From assembly GCF_001194135.2 (NCBI RefSeq), contig NC_068989.1, forward strand, positions 63,572,049 to 63,621,991: a DNA stretch of 49,943 nt, given 5' to 3'. A program made the position numbers and the translations under genes. Source of the stretch: Octopus bimaculoides. Taxonomy: Eukaryota. The notes under the pieces are model-generated. The model was given only the letters and a program-made list of their open reading frames with translations, did not search any database and was not told the origin of the DNA. Of the stretch, positions 1 to 12,211 are shown piece after piece (within the stretch, counting starts at the first letter, position 1; each line of letters opens with the position of its first letter).

Positions 1-35
<35 letters not shown>

Positions 36-448
36 TGTTCTTGACCTGGTTTCATTCCAGTAGCCAGAGGTAATTGTTCGATTCACATCCACTATAAATA
101 TCGTAGGAATAGTCACGTATTTTTCATTTATCCCATTTATTTATAACCTTACACTATGCAGTATATCTGTATGTTTATGTATGTAGGTGTACTTTCATAT
201 GTCAAGAGAATGAAGGGATAATTTCACACAAAGACAGAATATAGTGATTGAGTATGACCATATAAAAAAGGAAAAGATATTAATAAAAGAATGATGCTTC
301 GGCGAATGCCCAGGGCAATATAATAAGACCCCTGAACCTCTGAATAGTCACGTTGTTTTCTATTTTTTACGCACAATTGGAAACATTTCTTTTTCAAAAA
401 TACAACGTCTAAACACATAAACATAGCACGAACGCTCCCTCTCTCTCT

Positions 449-501
<53 letters not shown>

Positions 502-1399
502 CTCATGTACATGTATTTATATATACATACATGCAGATAGAGAAAGAGAGAATAAGTGAGAGAGACAGAGAGAGATAAAGGGTCGTAGTCATATACCCTT
601 GAGGGATTGTATTGTTGAGCGGGTATTGTACTGTAAGAAATATTAATATAAAGCAAGTTTAATAGTGTTTATAAACGAAAGTTTAAGGAGTTGACTACTT
701 TGCCTTTGGTATCTTGGGCTTCACTGTACCACTATATATATATAAATGTGTGTGTATGTGTTTGTGCGTGCGCGTATGAATGTGTGAGTGTGTATATGTG
801 TGAGAGAGAGAGTGTGTGTGTGTGTGTGTGTGTACGATGTGTGTGTCATACAAAATGTGTGTCTATTACCACAAATAGATACTCACTTGTGCGAGAACGA
901 GTATGTTAATATTTATCGCCTTCATGTATAGATAATAAATCATCGTTACTATACTTTCTACAAACAGAACAAAAATAGTCAAGGTAAGAGATAAAGAAAT
1001 TTTATGTGATGAAAGAATTATGGTATTATTTAATATTAATAGCACCGACATTGTCAAACTCAATAAAGCAGTTTTAATTAAATTTCTAAAGAGTTATCTT
1101 CACAATTAAATTATTTCCGCCAGTTTGTTGGTCAGTTTAATTTTCGATGTAGTGGTTTGTTTTTCATCTATAAAATCGTTAAGGGCCATAAAAATGAACT
1201 TAACCCTAATAAAACCGGCAACGTCAGTATTATTGAGTAAAGTATACTCAGAAAAAATAACATTTTAGGAGAGGCTCTAAATTAACATCGTGAAACAACA
1301 GACGCAAAATGATTAACTGGTATTTAAATATAGATTACAGCACTCTAGATTTACTCAATTCGACACTTAATTTTCACCAATCTTTAACATATCCTCCAC

Positions 1400-3600
1400 A
1401 TAACTGTACCCAAAATGTTCAAAAACGTATAATGTTAGTGTTATAGATAACAAACTTTTAAATTATTGAGTAATCTAAGAAGACTCAGTTTTTGATCAAG
1501 AACAAGCTTTTGTATAAAGGTCACAACCAGCAGGTATATTCGATATCAGTGTTTTACGAAATTTCAGAAATATGTGATATCGTCGAAAAACGATGATATC
1601 CCATATATCTGAAATTTTGTAACAGTAGACATGTTACAACATAGATTCATCTACATCAGATTATGATACAGAGAAGATGAATTTGCTATTACATCACAAA
1701 ATGAGGGCCATGAATTTGAGAGATTTAGATAAAACTTCATAAGTAATTTTATCAATGAATAAATTTCTTTTGCTAATTCCTCAGGTTAGATATAAACTAA
1801 TGAACAGATAAACTTCAACACTATTGAAAGAATGACATATATCACCGCTAACTTTTGTCTACTATAATATGAAAAGGGGCATATAAAAATTCCAGTTAAA
1901 CAATAACAAAAAATGAATAGATTATACCATATCTTTTTGACTACTGGTATTTTAGAACATTAGCTGAAATATTACTAAGTGCCTCTACTAATGGAAATGT
2001 CTTCGATATAGAAGATTGACATGACAACACAACAGAATTTTAACGAATAGCAGTTTAAAATAAAATTTATTAATACTCCAAAATTCCAGATCTGGTATAT
2101 CATCTGATTTCAATTTTATACACCTTAAACGTAAAAAATAAAATATGGCTAATACCTTCCGACCACATTTCGATAGATATTTCCCATCACAATACCTTGC
2201 AGGTTTCAATAGAAATAGTTTAAAATCATTCTTGTTGCATTACCATTATCAAGAACATCATAACAAACGAAACATCAAGGTTAACAGAAACATTATTCAC
2301 ATACAGATACAGAGAAACATGTCCATTTAGTTAATATTGCAATGCCAGGTCACAAGTGTACGAAGTCAAAAGGCCATCCGTCAAGAAAATCTGATCTAGT
2401 ATTAGTAATCATTTCATGGAAATCGTATAGTACAAGTTCAAACAGTGATATTTTAACCATATTACTTACTTCGGATGTCGTAATGAGAAGAAATCAAAAA
2501 CGCTATCTAATTACATTTGGTAACTCAGTGAAAACACCATCAAATATTTAAAAAAAAATTGAAAACGCAAGTATGCTGAAGAGCATACTTAAACACACAG
2601 AACAAGGTTTAGTATGCCCGGCAGAAAATGATATCGTACTGAAATGCTTTAAATGGCTCCAAAACGTATTCCAATACTATATAAGAGCTTTTCAGAAAGT
2701 GTCATCACTTTAAAAAATACTTTACTAAAGAAAAGACGCCCAGACATCTACAAGATTGCAGGCACAAATACCAAGTCCTCTTAACCATATCTTCATTGTC
2801 TTAAATTTCTTTCAGATGTTCAAATAACCGCGCCATTTACCAGCTATTATGCATATAAAGCACCACAGACCCTTATATAGTGCTTTGCATACCAGTGGAA
2901 CTCTGGATTTAGTCCTTTATAAGGTCTCCTCTTATATATAACATCTGTCCCTTCCTTTCAGCATTTTCCTTCCATCTTGCGGGAAAGGAATTCAATTCAA
3001 AGAAGACTGGACGTACGTATCGAGAGCACGAGATGCCGTGTGTGTGACATCGTCCCAAGGAAACGAAAGCTTGATACTAAGTTCGATATGTGTTACACAG
3101 AAATACTAAAAATAACCCGTGCACTATTGTGCATTGCAATGAACATTAAACGCCTACACCTGCCTACGCCAAAGTGTTGGTTTTAATATTCCCAAATTTG
3201 TTCATGATCATATAGAAATTCTCAACATCGAACTAGGTGGAACTAGCCGTATTTTTAGATGTATAAACGTGAGAAAATCTATAACTTCCAGCCTCTAGAG
3301 AGACCGATGTTATATCATTCTATTCTTTGATATAATTCAATCTGGCATTCTTTATTTATGAGGCGGATATACTTTTCCTGGGATTTAATGATTCTAATAC
3401 ATTACTCAGCACTGAGTACGGTGGAGTGAGATGGCGTAGGTGAATGTATGCATACACGTTCATTTAAAGGGATGGTACAATTTTGTTTCCTTTTGATTGA
3501 ATTTCATTGTTTTGCCGTCGATTCTTTGCTAGGTACAACTGACTGATGAAGATACGAGGTAGCGGTGAGACATTTTAATATACTTCTTATTAGTTCTTAT
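1400..3600 (+). mobile_element. Possible highly decayed Penelope-like element
   Basis: Scattered RT-like peptides in plausible order: TANFC (cf. TSNFY), LISILYT (cf. VTSLYT), IWL..SIEIVLKS and QIQRNM (cf. QI.GTAMG). A degenerate hammerhead-like CTGATGAAG..GAGAC lies at 3543-3571. Many stops. Confidence 0.3.
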
Positions 3601-4338
3601 AAGTGCATTTTGTACTTTTGGATGAATAATTTGTTTGACTACTTGATATCAAGATGTTTAGATTCAACCGGGAAGCTAAGGATATTATTAAAAGTTCAAA
3701 CTTTTGAGTTCTCAATGGAAGATAGATAAAATTGCCACAGTAACTAGTAGTTGAATAGAAAAATGTTAAACTTGAGTTCGAATCTGCTGTATCATTTCAG
3801 GACGTTTTTCTAGGTTTTCAAAATTGTCAGACATTTTAGGTTGAGTAATATAAGAAAATTCGGAATATTTGTCTTTGGGGCCTCAATTCTTTGTTAAATA
3901 CTATGATAGTATGGTGATTAAAAAACCAACTAATCAGATCTTGATGATTGCTGCTGCAGATTTCTGTTTATAAAAAGAAAACTGGAAGAATCACATTTTA
4001 CGTCAAACTACTCGAACTATTATACAAACAATTTTTATTTATTTAAAGAACAACAACTCCTAAAAAACTAACTTTATTTTGCAAGTGTCTAGATTTTGTA
4101 AACTTCCAGACCTCAGAAGTGATAGTAGGTATGAAATTCTGTAGTAGGGACTATTGTCAGCTGTATTCGAAATTTGAAATTTGGGTATTCAATGAGACAG
4201 CGGAGGTGAACCAAAAATATGATCTGAAAGGTTGGTGTTATGGATGGTTCCTAGCTTTTGGTCAAAAGTATAGAAGAGGGTCAGTTGTATTCAACATATT
4301 CCATTGTCAGATTCACACACTTAATGCAGATTCACACA

Positions 4339-4470
4339 CTGAGTTCAAATACTGCGATGGTCGCCTTTGCATTTCTTTTTCAGATCATTGAAACAAGAAC
4401 CAGTGGGCACTGGGTCCAATGTAATTGACTACACCCTTCCCTACAAAAATTTCAGGCCTTGTGCACATGA
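4339..4470 (+). mobile_element. SINE family A, 5'-truncated copy
   Basis: ctgagttcaaat (B-box-like) through aaaatttcaggccttgtgc, the reverse complement of the array unit. Confidence 0.7.
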
Positions 4471-4932
4471 TAAAAAAAAGTTATTCTGGTCGTAGACTGA
4501 GCCACGTGAAACAAAATACTCTACCATCGCTATAACAGCCTCTATACAGACCTGCAATACAAGAGGATACTGTTCAAAAGAAAAAGTGAGTATTACAAAA
4601 GGAAGAGAAAACTGTATTTTTTCCATTACAGACAGTGTATCCTAGAAGCAACGTTACATAACTATCGCGATTTATGAATACTGAGAGTAAAAATACTTAA
4701 AATCAACAGACGTCATGAACTTAATGTTAACGTCGGAGGAAAGTTTCTCATAACAATAATAAACATTCTATGTGTAAAGTTTTCACACTGAATTCAATGG
4801 AAAAAGACAAAAGTAATTGTTTCCAACAGAGAATTCGAATATTAAATATTTAATGGTTCAATCTATTTAGAAAATTAAAGCACATGTGTTGTAGATACAC
4901 AGACACCCATGTATATTTATACAAAAATACAG

Positions 4933-5043
<111 letters not shown>

Positions 5044-5942
5044 CATATGAAAATTCATTTATTTATTTATTTACACTTATTTACTTATATATAGGGGTGA
5101 ATGGATTTATATATGCATGTGTGTATATATAAGCGCTTGGTATAAGTATATATTCATGCATATGAATGTCTGTATATGAATATAACCATACACATACACA
5201 CACGCACGCACAAGCAAATACACACACCGATATATATGTATGTATGCATGTATGTATGTATGTATGTATATCCCTCGATTATTACATTTCCGCGTTTCCG
5301 ATTCGTCGTTCATCAGGCAATAGATAAAATGCCCTTATTGATATCTAATTCTGCATTAGTATTGAGCTATTCAATGGAGTATATTAAACTATCAATGCAT
5401 GGAAATACATTCGAAACAATACAAAGGTCTAACCGAAGATTATTCAGACGCATTCAATCGATTACGTTTTTAGACAAGAACGAGATTTCTGTTATATAAA
5501 CATTTAAATATGCATATAGAAACGAATATCTATCCAAATATACGTTTCTATTACAGTGAAGTTACTTTGCTTACGCGCAATTTGTCGACAAAAGATCTGC
5601 TGTTATAACACGTTAAACTGTATTAAAGGAAGAGATTGAACCAATGACATATGTATATATAAGTTAAGCAATAGAATGATTAAATATTTATGGTGTTACA
5701 TGCAGGCTTTTTAGTCTCCATAGAGAATGGAGGGGCAGTGTAGTTATGACCGAAATCAGTAACAGAAATTAGATGCGTTTATCAGGGTAAAATAAGCATG
5801 CAACGCGCCTCAGTAGATTTCAGTGTCTTACTGAGGAAACGGAATGTTAATGTTATGCTCGCAATTACGTAAGCTGCATATGTGCGTGTGTGTGTGTGTG
5901 TGCAGATATATATGTATATGCGTGTAAATACATACATACATA

Positions 5943-5986
<44 letters not shown>

Positions 5987-6429
5987 TTATTTCTGAGTTA
6001 AGATACATATGATATGTATATCTACGCTTGTATATGTATGTATGTGTGCATGTATGTTTATGTATGCAAATGTATGTATGTATATATGTATGTAGAATGG
6101 TCACTGAATTGTGAAGCATTCTCTGCAATTATTAGCCCAGAAACTATACATTTTCATGATAAAGTATGTATGTTGAGACATCAATCTATTCTCTGAATAA
6201 CGCTATCGAATAGATATAGAACTGTTTCTGCATGATGGGCTGCATGAATGAAAGATCCCATTGTAATCGTTCATGGACCAGTTCGAATTGCCTCTCTTGT
6301 ATGTATAACGCGTGCAAAATATTGTCAAGCACGAATGGTTTAATTATGAGCACGCTATGCAAGCATATTTATCACAAAGACGTTACCACGAAGAAACAAG
6401 TAAATAACTATCCGATGTTAGCCAAGTCC

Positions 6430-6750
6430 GATATCTTTTGCAAATATGGTGTACAAGGTGAGCGGGAGACCAACAAAACTCCTTGTAAAACAAAAGATGA
6501 ACTGAAGGCAAGGATTACAGCAGCATTCACCAACTAAAACAAAAGGACCATCCAGAAGAGTTACAGGAGATTCCGAAGTTCTTCGGAGGCCGTATTTGAA
6601 GCGACGAAGCGATTTTATTGAATACATTTACTCTTTATTATTCCATGATAAAGTTATGTAATTTCGGTAAATATAGCTGTTAAAATGAGTTGTCAGTGTT
6701 ATTTTCATTTTTGCGTAACTTAGTCGGTAGTTTATTCACGACAACCTGCA
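6430..6750 (+). mobile_element. Tc1/mariner-superfamily transposase C-terminal fragment with right end
   Basis: The translation KYGVQGERETNKTPCKTKDELKARITAAFTN*NKRTIQKSYRRFRSSSEAVFEA resembles Tc1-like C-termini (W..ve....p..t..eLka.I...w..l......c..f..Rl.avi.a.G). It ends in a TIR-like acaacctgca. Confidence 0.7.
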
Positions 6751-6863
6751 TTTCTACTTTGATTTTTTAACATGACTCAGCCCTGAGGTTCTGGCCATGC
6801 TGGAACATGTATGAATGGATTGATGGAAGGATTATATATATATATATATATATATATACACTA

Positions 6864-7095
6864 TTTTACTCTTGTATTTGTTTCACTCATTTGACTGCGG
6901 CCATGCTGGAGCACCGCCTTCAGTCGAAGAAATCGACCCCAGAACTTATTCTTTGTAAGCCTAGTACTTATTCTATCGGTCTTTTTTGCCGAACCAATAA
7001 GTTACGGGGACGTAGACACACCAACACCTTTTGCCAAGCGATGGTGTGGGGAGACAAACACAGACAAACAAACATACACATACATACATATATAT
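6864..7095 (-). mobile_element. Interspersed SINE-like repeat (family B), partial
   Basis: tcatttgactgcggccatgctggagcaccgcc..atcgacccca..tacttattctatcgg..gccgaacc..aagttacggggacgta..acaccaacacc, bounded by (TA)n/(CATA)n. Related decayed copies lie at about 34505-34660 and 35312-35470. Confidence 0.65.
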
Positions 7096-7099
7096 ATTG

Positions 7100-7300
7100 G
7101 CGATTTTCTTCCTTTTCTTCATTGGCTATTTTCTTCCTCCGTCTTTCTTTCTATTGAATGTTCCTGTTTCTGAAGAAGAGCGTTGCTAGAAACATCTTTC
7201 GTTACTTCTGTGAGCGTCTGCTAATACTTTACATGTACCACGTCCTTGCGTTGCTGTTTTGTTTTTAGTCTCCTTTTTGGGGATTTACTATAAATATATA
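7100..7300 (+). mobile_element. Penelope-like terminal-repeat fragment with a degenerate hammerhead-like core
   Basis: tttCTGAAGAagagcgttgctaGAAAC at 7170-7193 within a pyrimidine-rich segment ending in (TA)n. The layout resembles the minimal hammerheads of Penelope-like elements. Confidence 0.45.
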
Positions 7301-7354
7301 TATAGCGAGGTAGGTTCCCCGGCGTGCTAGCGATTCTGCTAGCTCACCTATTTT

Positions 7355-7726
7355 GTGGCACTCCGTCGTTATGACGATGAGGGTCCCAGTTGATGCCATC
7401 AACGGAAAAACCGGTAGAATGTGTAAGTGACTGAGAACTCCAGAGACACGTCTACCCATAACGTAGTTCTCGAGGAGATTCAGCGTGTCATAGAGTGCGA
7501 CAAGGTTGGCCCTTTCAAATACAAGTACAGCAGAAACAGGAAGAAAGAGTAAGAGAAAGTTGTGGTGAAAGAGTACGGGAGGATTCTCCACCAACCCTGC
7601 CGCAGCCCCGTGGAGCTTTAGGTGTTTTCTCTCAATAAACACTCACAACGCTCGGTCTGGGAATCGAAACTGGGATCCTACGATCGCGTATCCGCTGCCC
7701 TAACCACTGGGCCATTACGCCTCCAC
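7355..7726 (-). mobile_element. tRNA-derived SINE (family C), full-length
   Basis: The - strand begins GTGGAGGCGTAATGGCCCAGTGGTTAGGGCAGCGG, with A-box TGGCCCAGTGG (7704-7714) and B-box GTTTCGATTCC (7660-7670). A non-tRNA body of about 300 bp follows. tRNA-derived SINEs are described from octopus, but I cannot assign the family name. Confidence 0.85.
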
Positions 7727-7746
7727 ATCGCCGTTTTAATATATAT

Positions 7747-8587
7747 ATGCATCATAATAATAATCCTTTCTACTATAGACTCTGTCCGGTATTTGTGGGA
7801 AGCGAGCTAGTCGATCACATCGACCCCTGTACTCAACTGGTGCTTGGTTTATTGACGCGAAAAGGATAAAAGGCAAAGTCGACATCGACGGAATTTGAAC
7901 TCAGAACGTAAAGGCGGATGAAATACCTCTAAGCATTTCGCCTGGCGTGCTCGCAGCCTTAATATCTATGCATCAAAATAGAGATAGTTCCAAATTTTGC
8001 GACAAGTGCAGCAATTTTGGGGGAGAAGACGAATTGATCCCATCGACCCTGGCAGAATTTGAACTCAGACCGTAGTGGAAGATGAAATACCACTAAGTAT
8101 TTTTCCCGACTTGCTAACGATTCTGCCAGCTCGCCGCCTTTATATGTATGCGTCATAATAGTAATTCTTTCTACTGGAAGCACAAGGTACCAGTTTTCGA
8201 GTAGAGTATCAATTGATTGCATCGACTTCAGTGATATTTAGTTTATCGACCCCGAAAGGTTGAAAGGCAAAGTCGACCTGGGTGGAGATTGAACTCAGAA
8301 CGTAGCGACACGCGAAATACCACTAAACCTTTCGTCTGTAGCGTTACCGATTCTGCCAACTCACCGCCTTAATAATAATGATTTCCATTATTTGCCGCAA
8401 GAGCAGCTTAGGGGAGGAGACAAAGTCGATTATATCGGCGCCAGTATTTCACTGGTACTTAATTTATCGACCCAAAAGAATGAAAGACAGAGTCAACCTC
8501 GGTAAAGTTTCAACTATAACGTAGCGACGGGCGAAATACCGCTAAGCATTCCGCCCATTGTGCTAGCGACTGTGCCAGCTCTCCGCC

Positions 8588-8625
<38 letters not shown>

Positions 8626-9299
8626 CCTTTCTACTACCTACTACAGGCACAAGGCCTGAAATTTGGGAGGAGTGGGGCCAGTCGATTAGATCGACCACAG
8701 TGCGCAACTGATACTTAATTTATTGACCTCGAAAGAATGAAGGGAAAGTCGACCTCGGCGTAATTTGATCTCAGAACGTAAAGGCAGACAAAATACCGCT
8801 AATCATTTCATGCTAACTATTGTGCTATCTCGCCGCCTATATGCATCATAATAATAATTTCTTTCTACAATAGGCAAAAGGCCTGAAATTCTGGCGGAGG
8901 ATGCCAGTCAATTTCATCGACCCCAATACGCAACTGGCGTTTGTTTTACCCACTTTAAACGGATGAAAGGCAAAGTCGACCTCGGAGAAATTTGAACTGA
9001 GAATGTGAAGACAGACGAAATTAACGATTCTGCCAGCTCACCGCGTTATGCATCATAATAATAATCCTTTTTACTATAAGCACAAGGCCTGACATTTTGG
9101 AGAGGGGGCTAGTCAATTACATCAACCCCAGTGTTTCACCGGTACTTAATCTATCGACTCCGAAAGGATGAAAGAAAATTTGGACCTCAACTGAATTTGA
9201 ACGCAAAACGTAGCAGCAGACGAAATACCGCTAAGCATTTTGTCCAGCGTGATAACGATTCTACCAGCTCGTCGCCTTATGCATCATAATAATAATAGC
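7747..9299 (-). mobile_element. Tandem head-to-tail array of 7 tRNA-derived SINE copies (family A), about 180-250 bp per unit
   Basis: Seven repeats carry the same ordered motifs on the + strand: ctttctac..caagg..gtcgat..atcgaccc..gaaaggcaaagtcgacct..atttgaactcagaacg..gaaatacc.ctaagcatt..gattctgccagctcgccgcctt. Heads end at about 7960, 8140, 8370, 8589, 8838, 9047 and 9278. On the - strand the units contain a Pol III B-box-like GAGTTCAAAT (diverged in some) and end in (ATT)n tails. Confidence 0.9.
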
Positions 9300-10192
9300 A
9301 CATGTTTCCCTCTCGATAATTACTCCAGGGTTTGTGTTACCGATTTTTGACTCGAGTAGAATCATTATTTAAACATTGTGTAATATATATTTGGACGATC
9401 TATTGTATACTGCGATTATAAATTAAAAATTAAACATTAAACCTTTACTGCTTGAAGAAGTCATCTAGATAAGAATACTGAGAATAAACGTAATAGGTTA
9501 ATGGCACAGGGTTTGTGCATAAAAGTGAGAGTTAGTGATAACGAGAGAAAGTGATAACGAAACGGAGTAAGCGAGGAAGGGTGTACAAAATTATGAATAA
9601 ATAAAATTATAACAAAAATAGGAGAATGATATAAAAAGAGAATGGCTATAAAACTGTATAATGAGGGACACAATAAATTCATATCTACTGGAAGTTGGCG
9701 AAAGGTAGCATTTATTAGAGGAGAGTAGTCAAACAAATGAAAAATGATTATGATTGACTAAATGTAGTTAGAAAAATGTAGTAAAGGCGATAAAAGCCTT
9801 GTTGCGTAGGAGAATAACATCGTTTATGTTAGAGAGGTGAATAAAATATTAGAATGGATATATCTAATACAGAGGAGTGCACATGATAATAGGAGGGAAG
9901 ACAAAAATGTTATATATTGAAGAAAGGTAAATGGGATGAAGAAATGGATAAGTGGAGAGGGGAAGCGAGAAAGAAATGTATGGACACTTTAGAGAAACTG
10001 AATGATCACTGTTTAAAATAGAATCCTAAAATATTATTTAAAAAGGTAAAGCATAAGACGTACTAGATTTTATTGATAAATTCCACTTAACGTTCGTATT
10101 ATAAGGAAAAGAATGATATATTACTGATAGCTCTCATTTTAGTTCTGCAAATTGCAGCGCTGCTAAGATAAGTTTGCTCGGAAACTAATATC

Positions 10193-10555
10193 AACAAGAC
10201 CACTCAGAGAGTGTAAACCTCCGCCAAGGCAAAACCAACATCCTCTCAACGATTAGTCGGAGATGATTTTAAGATGAGAATATCTGAAATAAGCTCAAAT
10301 GCTCTCATTAACGAAAATACTAAAAATGAACACGGCCGCTCTCATAAATTATGTAAAAAATCGGAAAAATATTCTAGAAACTTTGTCCGGTAAGTATTTT
10401 GCCCGACGAGCTAACGATTCCGCCGCCTTAATATGTATGCCTCATAATAATAATTCTTTCTACTGGAAGCACATCCTTGAAAGTTTCATCCGAATACATC
10501 CAGCGGTTCTTGAGATATCTTGTCTACGGACAGACAAACAAAGGCGGAGGTAAAA
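10193..10555 (+). mobile_element. Non-autonomous Helentron/HINE (DINE-1-like) element
   Basis: Subterminal inverted repeat ACCTCCGCC (10217-10225) / GGCGGAGGT (10543-10551), a short gaca/caaa microsatellite just before the 3' repeat, and no ORF. The class assignment is inferred from this architecture. Confidence 0.5.
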
Positions 10556-12012
10556 ATTGAGAAAAAGGAGAAAAGGTGGAAGAGAAAATAATGGTAAAAA
10601 GAAGACAGTTATATTCATATTTATGTTATATATGTTATATGGAAAAGCAATAACATTCAGTTGGGATGTGCACGCGATTGGAAACATTAGTACTGTTTTA
10701 TTTATATGGAGAAAAAGACAAGGGGTGATGGGACAGTAATTTTCAATCTTCTACAAAATAGCTTTCAACTACAGATGGATACGAGAGTGCTCTGACACAA
10801 ATTACTATTTGGGACGAAGAAATTTAAGTATTTATTGATATTTAGAGAATTTTTAGTAACTTCAACAACATCGATGGTTTTCAAAGTAAATCCAGATATA
10901 AAACTGCTGGATTATCAGCCTATATTTAGAATGTTTCTTTACGATAAACTTGCTTTTATATTGATATTTCGAAATTAGCTAATGTGACAGGTTGGCGTGA
11001 AACGTCAAAGCGATTAATATTTTATTTGTGTATAAGGTGCATAATCCTGTCCTTCCAGCATATTGTTTGGAAAAGTTTACCATTCTAAAAGCAAATTAGT
11101 GTTACGTAACATACACATTTTTTCAGAAGTCATATAATGCAAAGTTAACCAGTGATTTTTTTTGTTTTTTGTTAGCTTTGTCCTTTGTGTCCTCCAACTT
11201 CAGTGTGTGCTCTACATATCTGCTCCTAAATATATCTTTTAAGCCTAAATGCATTCATTGTACAGCATATTGCAAATTTCTTTCTCTTGTGTCGACACCC
11301 CCAGGCGAAGAAGTAGGATTTCCCAAGACATATAAATAGAGGTAGTCTGGCCGGGGTAGGAGTGTTGAGTAATAGTCGAGTTGCAGTTGTGTAGTGGTTG
11401 AGTAGCGATCATGCGAAGATGCTAGATAGCTGTAGCTTGAGACATAACACTTTCATTGGACACGGTACATAAATTTTACCTCCATCTTTATGCCTTTCTT
11501 TCCGTCTCTAAAAAACATACTCAATTAAGACAAAATAGTTCGTTAAATACAATATTATTTATAAACGTTTTCACTGATTTCAGCACCTTAATGTTACCTT
11601 CATCTTTTAATATANNNNNNNNNNNNNNNNNNNNNNNNNNNNNNNNNNNNNNNNNNNNNNNNNNNNNNNNNNNNNNNNNNNNNNNNNNNNNNNNNNNNNN
11701 NNNNNNNNNNNNNNNNNTATATATATATATATATATATTATGCTATGAGATTATAGTCGTGCATTTCCGTCCAGTTTCTGTGCGAAACGTTATGTTGATA
11801 AACGTTTTTTGTAGCTAAAATAAACGCATCCAATCTAATTTGAATGCACATTTAAACAGAATACAACGTTCTTCTTAAATATTTTCCCTTACTGAAATAT
11901 GAATTAATAATGCTACAATTACGTCTCTGGTGCTGAAATGACCTAAAGTTAGTGATGTAGTATCTTCTGTTCTGTCGAAAAATCAAACTTCATATTAATC
12001 GTACAAGTAACA

Positions 12013-12211
12013 CGATGAGTTGACGGAATCATTAGCACACCCGATACAACGCTTAGTGATATTCCGTTCAGATTCTGTCTTAGCCGAAATTACCCTTCTT
12101 CCTTTAGGGTTTGATAATAGAAATGCCATTTGAGCACTCTTGTCGATGTAATTGGCTCACCCCTATCCCTAAAGTTCATAGCCTTGTGCTAAAAATTTGA
12201 AACCATTATTA
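12013..12211 (+). mobile_element. SINE family A, diverged copy
   Basis: gaatcattagcac..cttag..cttgtcgatgtaattg..gccttgtgctaaaaatttgaaaccattatta matches the array unit in the opposite orientation. Confidence 0.65.

Noticed and set aside
4549-4700. Apparent exon-intron-exon with GTGAGT donor and strong acceptor
   Set aside because: The intron would be only 46 nt, the tested spliced frames stop quickly, and I see no homology.
7655-7726. Functional tRNA gene
   Set aside because: A and B boxes are present but there is no complete acceptor stem, and it continues into a SINE body.
7747-9299. CRISPR-like repeat-spacer array
   Set aside because: The long segments are homologous to each other and to dispersed SINEs rather than being unique spacers. 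The short linker is variable, and there are no cas genes in this eukaryotic context.
11288-11449. Solo LTR (TG..CA with TATAAATA)
   Set aside because: Only about 160 bp, with no matching target-site duplication and no polyadenylation signal.
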